Shown: positions 57,555-64,000 of the stretch, piece after piece
Position numbering within the stretch: position 1 is the stretch's first letter
How the letters are laid out: the number at the start of each line of letters is the position of its first letter
Notes under the pieces: model-generated
Seen by the model: the letters and a program-made list of their open reading frames with translations, nothing else
Databases searched by the model: none
What the model was told of the DNA's origin: nothing
Assembly: GCA_964598885.1 (NCBI GenBank)
Contig: CAZRES010000004.1
Location: forward strand, 5,545 to 69,544
Length of the DNA: 64,000 nucleotides
DNA from: an uncultured Desulfobacteraceae bacterium
GTDB taxonomy: Bacteria > Desulfobacterota > Desulfobacteria > Desulfobacterales > Desulfosalsimonadaceae
Direction: 5' to 3'
Program-made: the position numbers and the translations under genes

Positions 57555-59246
57555 ATGAAACTGGTGATCGTAGGCGGCGTAGCCGGCGGCGCGACGGCTG
57601 CCGCCAGGGCCAGGCGCTTGAATGAGCATGCGGAAATAGTTCTGTTTGAAAGAGGTGCGTTCATATCATTTGCCAACTGCGGCTTGCCGTATTATATCGG
57701 CGACATTATCAAGAAGCGACAGGAACTTTTCGTTACCACGCCTCAGGATTTCAGCGACCGCTATGCAGTGGACGTCCGCGTCTACTCCGAGGTGACCTCC
57801 ATAGACCGTTCCGCGAAAACCGTGACCGTAAAAGATCTGATTTCCGGTGAAGTCTACGCGGAAATCTACGATAAACTCATGCTCGCCCCCGGTGCCGAAC
57901 CCCTCAAGCCGCCACTTGCCGGCATTGATGTGAAAAACATCTTCACCTTGCGAAATATTCCGGACATGGACGGGATCAAGGCATATGTGGATCAACACAA
58001 GCCCGAGTCGGCCGTTGTGGTGGGCGGCGGATTCATCGGTTTGGAAATGGTGGAAAATCTGGTGCATCGGGGCGTCACTGCCACCATCGTTGAACGCCTC
58101 GATCATGTTATGCCCCTTCTGGATTCGGAAATGGCGGGTCTGGTGCATGCCTATCTGGAAGAAAAAGGGGTAACCTGCATCCGATCCGACGGGGTTAAAT
58201 CCTTTGGCGAAGACGAGGGAAGACTGGCGGTGGAAACCGAAAAGGGCCGTCGTCTGGTTTGCGATCTTGCCATTGTATGCGTGGGCGTCAGGCCGGAAAA
58301 CCGGCTGGCACGGGATGCGGGCCTTGAGATCGGCCCGTTGGGAGGCATTCGCGTGGACGCCTCCATGCGCACCTCAGACCCCGATATTTACGCCGTGGGT
58401 GATGCGGTGGAGATTTTTGATTTCCTCACCGGAGGCCCCACCACCACGCCTCTGGCAGGCCCCGCGAATAAGCAGGGCCGGATCGCGGCTGATAATGTCA
58501 TGGGACGAGTTTCTATGTTCAAGGGGACGCTCGGCACGTCGGTGGTCAAAATTTTTGATGCGATTCTGGCGTCCACGGGGCTGAATGAAAAAACCCTCAA
58601 AGCCCGTGATATGCCGTATCTGGTCAATTATACCCATTCGGGCTCTCACGCCTCCTATTATCCGGGAGCCGAAATGATGGCCATCAAGCTGCTGTTCGCT
58701 CCGAACAACGGCAGGATCCTCGGCGCCCAGATTTTCGGAAAACAAGGGGTGGACAAACGCATCGATGTAATTGCCACCGCGATCCGGGGTTCCATGACGG
58801 TGTTTCAACTGGAAGAACTGGAGCTGGCGTATGCGCCGCCCTACTCATCGGCCAAGGATCCGGTCAATATCGCGGGATTCGCTGCCGCCAACCTGATCCG
58901 GGGAGATGTTCTCAGCATGCGATGGGAAGCGCTTGCCGGGTTTGATCCGGAAAACGATGTTCTCATCGACGTCAGGACCAAAGCTGAATTGAAGCAGACC
59001 GGGACCCTTAATGGCGCTCTCCATATTCCCATAAATGAGTTTCGCCATCACCTTACATCCCTGGATCCGGCAAAACGCTATATTGTCTTCTGCTCCATCG
59101 GTTACCGGGGGTATATCGCCTACCGGATTTTGATACAGCGCGGATTTGAAGCCATCAATCTGAATGGAGGCTTTCGCACCCTGCTGGGCGCCCGGGAAAA
59201 GCTTATGTCCGAATCTCCTGAAGCTCCCCTGTGGCTGGGGGAGTAG
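57555..59246 (+). CDS. CoA-disulfide reductase-type FAD/NAD(P) oxidoreductase with a C-terminal rhodanese domain
   Basis: The internal ATG at 57555 gives MKLVIVGGVAGGATAAARARR. The redox Cys motif is SFANCGLPYY and the second dinucleotide fold is VVVGGGFIGLE. The C-terminal rhodanese loop is IVFCSIGYRG. Confidence 0.88.
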   Translation: MKLVIVGGVAGGATAAARARRLNEHAEIVLFERGAFISFANCGLPYYIGDIIKKRQELFVTTPQDFSDRYAVDVRVYSEVTSIDRSAKTVTVKDLISGEVYAEIYDKLMLAPGAEPLKPPLAGIDVKNIFTLRNIPDMDGIKAYVDQHKPESAVVVGGGFIGLEMVENLVHRGVTATIVERLDHVMPLLDSEMAGLVHAYLEEKGVTCIRSDGVKSFGEDEGRLAVETEKGRRLVCDLAIVCVGVRPENRLARDAGLEIGPLGGIRVDASMRTSDPDIYAVGDAVEIFDFLTGGPTTTPLAGPANKQGRIAADNVMGRVSMFKGTLGTSVVKIFDAILASTGLNEKTLKARDMPYLVNYTHSGSHASYYPGAEMMAIKLLFAPNNGRILGAQIFGKQGVDKRIDVIATAIRGSMTVFQLEELELAYAPPYSSAKDPVNIAGFAAANLIRGDVLSMRWEALAGFDPENDVLIDVRTKAELKQTGTLNGALHIPINEFRHHLTSLDPAKRYIVFCSIGYRGYIAYRILIQRGFEAINLNGGFRTLLGAREKLMSESPEAPLWLGE

Positions 59247-59249
59247 GAA

Positions 59250-60014
59250 ATGACCGCGTTTACCTATGCCGTCCTGGCCAGTCTTCTGGCCGGGCTGGGA
59301 ACGGGTGTAGGTGCGCTGCCGGTCCTTGTCTTTAAAACCATATCCCGCGGCACGTTAAACACACTGCTGGGCGCCGCCGCGGGCGTGATGCTGGCGGCTA
59401 CCGCGTTTTCGCTTATTGTTCCGGGTATTGAATCCGGGGATCTGTTCTGGCCCGGCTACGGCGTTTTCGTGGTGATGGCAGGAATATTGACCGGCGCCAT
59501 TTCGCTGGATCTTATCGATAAATTTCTTCCGCACGAACATTTTTATAACGGACCGGAAGGTCCGGCATCCGATATGAAACGGATCTGGCTTTTCGTGATC
59601 GCCATTGCCATCCATAATTTTCCGGAAGGTCTTGCCGTGGGCGTCGGAGTCGGAGCCGGCGACATGGCTGCCGGCGTTACCCTCGCCATTGGTATCGGCC
59701 TTCAGAACATGCCGGAAGGTCTGGCTGTGGCGCTGCCGTTGATGGGGCTGGGATATTCCCGGTGGAAATCCGTGGGGATTGCCACTCTCACCGGCCTGGT
59801 GGAACCGGTGGGCGGTCTGCTGGGCGCCGGCGCGGTGACGCTGTTTCAGCCGATCCTGCCGTTTGCCCTGGCTTATGCGGCCGGGGCCATGCTTTTTGTC
59901 ATCAGCGATGAAATCATTCCCGAAACCCATTCCAGGGGGAGATCACGGCAGGCCACCTATGGCGTTGTGATCGGTTTTATCCTGATGACGGCCCTGGATT
60001 ATCTGTTCGGATAG
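59250..60014 (+). CDS. ZIP-family divalent metal transporter (ZupT-like)
   Basis: 254-aa polytopic ORF with HNFPEGLAVG and QNMPEGLAV motifs. Confidence 0.88.
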   Translation: MTAFTYAVLASLLAGLGTGVGALPVLVFKTISRGTLNTLLGAAAGVMLAATAFSLIVPGIESGDLFWPGYGVFVVMAGILTGAISLDLIDKFLPHEHFYNGPEGPASDMKRIWLFVIAIAIHNFPEGLAVGVGVGAGDMAAGVTLAIGIGLQNMPEGLAVALPLMGLGYSRWKSVGIATLTGLVEPVGGLLGAGAVTLFQPILPFALAYAAGAMLFVISDEIIPETHSRGRSRQATYGVVIGFILMTALDYLFG

Positions 60015-60076
60015 CATATCCTCATTAAATGCCTTTATAAACGGATACAGATCGGATGTTCGGTCGGGTTCCCGCT

Positions 60077-60118
60077 CCCGTTGATTTGAAGAAAACCAGC
60101 GCCTATTAAATCAACGGG
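60077..60118. repeat. 11-bp perfect inverted repeat with a 20-nt spacer
   Basis: cccgttgattt (60077-60087) and aaatcaacggg (60108-60118), located between the ZIP transporter and the usp gene. Confidence 0.8.
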
Positions 60119-60228
60119 CGGTAACGTCCGTGATTGCTTTGCATTAAAAATGCATTATAATTTAGACTGGCGATGATATGCGGACAAACGAAAAGGTGGT
60201 CACACTATTTAGGTTAAGGAGGCAAAAA

Positions 60229-60702
60229 ATGGCCAAGAAAATTCTGATCGCACTTGATGATTCGCAAAATGCCATGCGGGCCGTGGATTTTATTGGCGCG
60301 CATTTTGCCGGGGATGCCGAGGTCAAACTCCTTAGTGTTTTGCCTGATACTGAAGCTCTTTGCGCCATGCAAAGCCCCGAACTCACCCCCTATTTTCTGG
60401 ATCAGCAGGCTTCCTTCTGCGCATTGGAAAATAAAAAAAAGGAACTGGTTGATCAGACGCTCCAGGAAGCACGCCGCCGGCTGATCAACTCCGGGTTCGC
60501 CACCGACGCCATCACCATAAGTGCAAAAAAACGGGAAAAAGGGATCGCCCGGGATATTATTCATGAAGCCACAACCGGGGGCTACAATCTTGTCGCCATT
60601 GGCAAGACGGGGTTGTCGGGCATCCGCGAGTTTTTCATGGGCAGCGTCGCCCAAAAAGTCGTCCAGGGATCGAAAGGCGTTTCGGTTCTGCTGGTGGAAT
60701 AA
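60229..60702 (+). CDS. Universal stress protein (UspA family)
   Basis: The internal ATG at 60229 follows aaggagg. Motifs are MAKKILIALDDSQNAMRAV and the C-terminal ATP-binding-type motif GKTGLSGIREFFMGSVAQKV. Confidence 0.85.
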   Translation: MAKKILIALDDSQNAMRAVDFIGAHFAGDAEVKLLSVLPDTEALCAMQSPELTPYFLDQQASFCALENKKKELVDQTLQEARRRLINSGFATDAITISAKKREKGIARDIIHEATTGGYNLVAIGKTGLSGIREFFMGSVAQKVVQGSKGVSVLLVE

Positions 60703-60770
60703 CGGCTTTTCTGGAGCTATGGAGACGGCTCTTCGCATTCGTGATGGAAGTGATGGAACAGGAGGGATGA

Positions 60771-61670
60771 ATGAAAATATTGATTACGGGCGCATCGGGA
60801 TTTGTGGGACGGCATCTGGTGAAACATTGCACGGATCTCGGATACCGGGTCACGGCCGTTGACCTGACTCCTTTTCCCGAAACCCTGGATCCAAAGTATT
60901 TGCAGGTGATCCAGGCCGATACCACCCGCCCCGGTTCATGGCAGGATGCCGTGGCCGAATGCGATGCGGTGATCAATCTGGCCGGGGTTAATATTTTTCG
61001 TCGCTGGAGCGCACACTATAAGGAATTGATTTACGACAGCCGGATTTTGACCACTCGCCATCTGGTCAATGCGTTCCCGGAGAAAACCTCGACGGTTTTA
61101 TGCTCCACATCCGCGGTAGGTTATTACGGCAGCCGAGGTGATGCGATACTCGACGAAAACGCCGGGGCGGGCGACGATTTTCTGGCCCGGGTGTGTGTTG
61201 ACTGGGAAAAAGAAGCCATGATGGCACAATCCAGAGGAGCCCGGGTGGTTATTCCCCGGTTCGGCGTGGTTTTAGCCGGGAACGGGGGGGCATTGGCCAA
61301 GATGATCCCGGCATATCGTCTTTTCGTGGGCGGTCCTTTGGGAAACGGACGGCAGTGGTTTGCCTGGATTCATATTCAGGATTTGGTTCAGGCAATGCTT
61401 TTTGTCATTGACAAAAATGAAATCGAGGGACCGGTCAATTTCTGCGCGCCCCAGCCGGTGAGGAACAATGACTTTTCCAAAACGCTTGCCAGCCGGTTAA
61501 ACCGCCCGTCGGCTCTTCGTGTTCCCGCGTTCATGTTACGTCTGGCCGCCGGTGAACTGGGAAATCTGGTGCTTAACAGCCAGCGTGCGGTGCCGCAAAA
61601 ACTCGATAACGCCGGTTATATGTTCCGGCATCCATCCCTGGCATCCGCACTGGAGGAGGCCGTTGGGTAA
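60771..61670 (+). CDS. TIGR01777-type (YfcH-like) atypical SDR / epimerase-family protein with a DUF1731-like C-terminus
   Basis: 299-aa ORF with MKILITGASGFVGRHL, GNGRQWFAWIHIQD and the C-terminal tail LNSQRAVPQKLDNAGYMFRHP. Confidence 0.85.
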   Translation: MKILITGASGFVGRHLVKHCTDLGYRVTAVDLTPFPETLDPKYLQVIQADTTRPGSWQDAVAECDAVINLAGVNIFRRWSAHYKELIYDSRILTTRHLVNAFPEKTSTVLCSTSAVGYYGSRGDAILDENAGAGDDFLARVCVDWEKEAMMAQSRGARVVIPRFGVVLAGNGGALAKMIPAYRLFVGGPLGNGRQWFAWIHIQDLVQAMLFVIDKNEIEGPVNFCAPQPVRNNDFSKTLASRLNRPSALRVPAFMLRLAAGELGNLVLNSQRAVPQKLDNAGYMFRHPSLASALEEAVG

Positions 61671-61694
61671 ACCGTTGAACAGGGAGGAATTCTG

Positions 61695-61898
61695 ATGCAG
61701 GAAAAAAAATTTCACATACCAAATATCAGCTGCGGACATTGCGTGCGGACCGTTGAAAACGAATTAACGGAAATCACGGGCGTTGCGAAAGTATCCGGAA
61801 ATCCCGATACCAAGGATGTTGTCGTTGCATGGGATGACCCCGCCACCGAGGAAGCCATCCGCAAGGTCCTAAGCGACATCAACTATCCGGCGAAATAG
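61695..61898 (+). CDS. copZ: Heavy-metal-associated (HMA) copper chaperone
   Basis: 67-aa ORF with an ISCGHC metal-binding loop in a ferredoxin-like fold pattern, directly upstream of the P-type ATPase. Confidence 0.8.
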   Translation: MQEKKFHIPNISCGHCVRTVENELTEITGVAKVSGNPDTKDVVVAWDDPATEEAIRKVLSDINYPAK

Positions 61899-61939
61899 GC
61901 CATTTCACGCTGGAATCGCACACCAGGGAATAGCGAAAA

Positions 61940-64000
61940 GTGAAACGTCAAAATGTCCAGATACCCATCACCGGCATGACATGCGCCAATTGCGCCGCCA
62001 ATATTGAGCGGAGCCTCAAAAAAATCGATGGCATTGAACACGTCAATGTCAATCTTGCCACCGAACGCGCTGATGTGGCTTTCGATGACGCCAGGGTGGC
62101 CATGAACGATATTATCGCCAATATTCAGCGTGCCGGATATGGCGCTGTTGTTCCCGACGAAGACGCTCCGGATGCGGAATCCAGGGCGCGGGATGCCGAG
62201 GTCCGGGATCAGACGCGCAAATTTTACGCCGGCGTGCTTTTTACCCTGCCGTTGTTTGTGCTTTCCATGGGCCGGGACATGCACCTGCTGGGGTCCTGGG
62301 CTCAACTCCCCTCCATGGATTGGTTCTTGTGGGTACTGGCCACCCCGGTTCAGTTTTACACCGGCTGGGATTTCTATACCGGGGGCTGGAACAGCCTGCG
62401 CAACAAGAGCGCCAATATGGACGTCCTGGTGGCCATGGGCTCGTCAACGGCCTATTTTTATTCCGCGGCCGTTTTGATTTTTCCGGAGGTCGGGGACCAT
62501 GTGTATTTTGAGACCGCCGCGGTTATCATCACCCTGGTGCGCCTGGGAAAACTCATGGAGGCCGGGACCAAGCGGCGGACCGGCGGAGCCATCCGTAAGC
62601 TGATGAACCTTCAGCCGAAAACCGCCACTCTCCTTAAGGACGGGCAGGAGACGCCGGTACCCTTTTCCCGGATTCAACAAGACGACATACTGGTCGTAAG
62701 GCCGGGAGAGCTGATCCCTGTTGACGGCATGGTGGTCGATGGCCGTTCATCAGTGGATGAATCCATGCTGACCGGCGAATCCCTGCCCGTTGACAAGGAA
62801 GTCGGGAATGCGGTCATCGGTGGTACCATCAACAACGACGGCATGCTGCAGATGCGCGCCACCCGGGTCGGCCGGGAAACGACCCTGGCCCAGATCATTC
62901 GTTTCGTTCAGGAGGCCCAGGGCAGCAAAGCCCCGATCCAGGCCCTGGCCGACCGGGTGGCGGCGGTATTTGTGCCGGTGGTGATCGTGATCGCGGCGGC
63001 ATCTTTCGGCATCTGGATATGGGCTGCGGGAGACGGGGTCGCGGCCATGATACGGCTGGTGGCCGTGCTGGTCATTGCCTGTCCCTGCGCACTGGGCCTG
63101 GCGACTCCCACAGCCATGATGGCCGGCATGGGCAAGGCCGCGTCGCTGGGGATTCTTTTTAAAAACAGCGAAGCTCTTCAGATGTCTGATGGACTTGATA
63201 TCATTGTCCTGGATAAAACCGGAACCCTTACCGCCGGCAAACCCGCGGTCCGGGACATTATTCTCTTGACCGATACATGCGATGATGAAAAAAATCTGCT
63301 TTACTTGGCCGCTTCCGTTGAAAGCGGTTCCGAGCATCCCATTGGCAAGTCTGTGGTAAAGGCCGCCGTGGAAAAAAAAATTTCCGTGACCCGGCCCGAA
63401 CGCTTCAAAGCCCATGGCGGCAGCGGGGTGGAGGCTTACGTAGACGGGCGGCATGTCCGGGTCGGCCAGCCCGACTGGATTACGGAAATCGGCGTTGATA
63501 TCAGTGAATACGGCCAGAGCATTTCGGCGCTGCGCAAGGAAGGAAAAACCGTTATTCTTGTAGTTCTGGATCAGCAATGCTGCGGTCTGCTGACGGTAGC
63601 CGATGTTATCAAATCCGACAGCGTTGATGTGGTCAAATCCCTTCAGGATCTGGGACTGCGGGTGATGATGCTTACCGGGGATCATCGGGTAACCGCGGAA
63701 GCCATCGGGCGATCTCTGGATATCGACGAGGTTATCGCTCAGGTGTTGCCCCGGGAAAAAGCCGGCACAATCGAAGCGCTCCAGCAAAAGGGCGGCAAAA
63801 TCGCCATGGTCGGTGACGGCATCAACGATGCCCCGGCCCTGGCACAGGCGGATGTGGGATTTGCGGTGGGCACGGGTGCGGATGTGGCCATTGAAACCGC
63901 GCCGGTGATCCTGACCGGCGGCAGTTTGAAAGGGGTGGTGCGGTCCCTGATATTAAGCCGCAAAACCATGCGAACCGTTCGCCAGAATCTGTTTTTCGCG
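61940..64000 (+). CDS. copA: Copper-translocating P1B-type ATPase, 3'-truncated by the window edge
   Basis: This gene is not in the supplied ORF track because no stop occurs in the window. My own translation from the GTG at 61940 (an in-frame TAG lies at 61931) gives [26 protein letters not shown] (HMA), TGESLPV, the CPC motif [20 protein letters not shown], and [13 protein letters not shown]. The frame is open through 64000. Confidence 0.93.
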   Translation, partial: MKRQNVQIPITGMTCANCAANIERSLKKIDGIEHVNVNLATERADVAFDDARVAMNDIIANIQRAGYGAVVPDEDAPDAESRARDAEVRDQTRKFYAGVLFTLPLFVLSMGRDMHLLGSWAQLPSMDWFLWVLATPVQFYTGWDFYTGGWNSLRNKSANMDVLVAMGSSTAYFYSAAVLIFPEVGDHVYFETAAVIITLVRLGKLMEAGTKRRTGGAIRKLMNLQPKTATLLKDGQETPVPFSRIQQDDILVVRPGELIPVDGMVVDGRSSVDESMLTGESLPVDKEVGNAVIGGTINNDGMLQMRATRVGRETTLAQIIRFVQEAQGSKAPIQALADRVAAVFVPVVIVIAAASFGIWIWAAGDGVAAMIRLVAVLVIACPCALGLATPTAMMAGMGKAASLGILFKNSEALQMSDGLDIIVLDKTGTLTAGKPAVRDIILLTDTCDDEKNLLYLAASVESGSEHPIGKSVVKAAVEKKISVTRPERFKAHGGSGVEAYVDGRHVRVGQPDWITEIGVDISEYGQSISALRKEGKTVILVVLDQQCCGLLTVADVIKSDSVDVVKSLQDLGLRVMMLTGDHRVTAEAIGRSLDIDEVIAQVLPREKAGTIEALQQKGGKIAMVGDGINDAPALAQADVGFAVGTGADVAIETAPVILTGGSLKGVVRSLILSRKTMRTVRQNLFFA

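Noticed and set aside
62750-63787. 345-aa minus-strand ORF, along with several short + strand ORFs listed between 62130 and 62984
   Set aside because: They all overlap the open-ended copA reading frame, which carries the CPC, DKTGT and GDGINDAP motifs. They are spurious.

Overview
This 64-kb window looks like a chromosomal segment from a moderately GC-rich anaerobe. Gene content and order are Desulfobacterota/deltaproteobacterium-like, but that assignment is inference only. Most of the window is densely packed, largely + strand housekeeping: dprA-topA, coaBC, a family-4 UDG, xerC-hslVU, a contiguous argB-argD-argF-argG-argH block, folK, tal, pgsA, tRNA-Gly(GCC)/tRNA-Cys(GCA), ispF, cysS, uvrB, uvrC, mdh, purC, cinA, pepA, and copZ-copA at the 3' edge. 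copA is open-ended, so it is missing from the supplied ORF track. I found no rRNA, no CRISPR array and no intact mobile element. Four loci have no obvious assigned function and deserve follow-up. (1) An operon just downstream of the tRNA pair, in a visibly A/T-richer stretch, encodes a membrane DUF2760-like protein plus two paralogous non-canonical Hsp70-type ATPases. (2) An MglA-family small GTPase has no visible MglB partner and sits among a TPR-like protein, a DUF4388 + cyclic-nucleotide-binding protein, a PilZ protein and a hybrid histidine kinase. (3) A ParB-N-domain protein is translationally overlapped with an SplB-like radical-SAM enzyme directly behind purC. (4) A TPR lipoprotein is coupled to a two-TM coiled-coil protein whose C-terminus looks like a RelE/ParE-fold domain. 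Other oddities include a composite FN3x3 / sorting-signal-like / second-signal-peptide / beta-barrel ORF, a hairpin-rich non-coding stretch after tRNA-Cys, a Cys-rich 59-aa ORF absent from the ORF track, and a perfect 23-bp inverted repeat with 20-nt periodic motifs. All family assignments come from motif recognition by eye. No database search was run.
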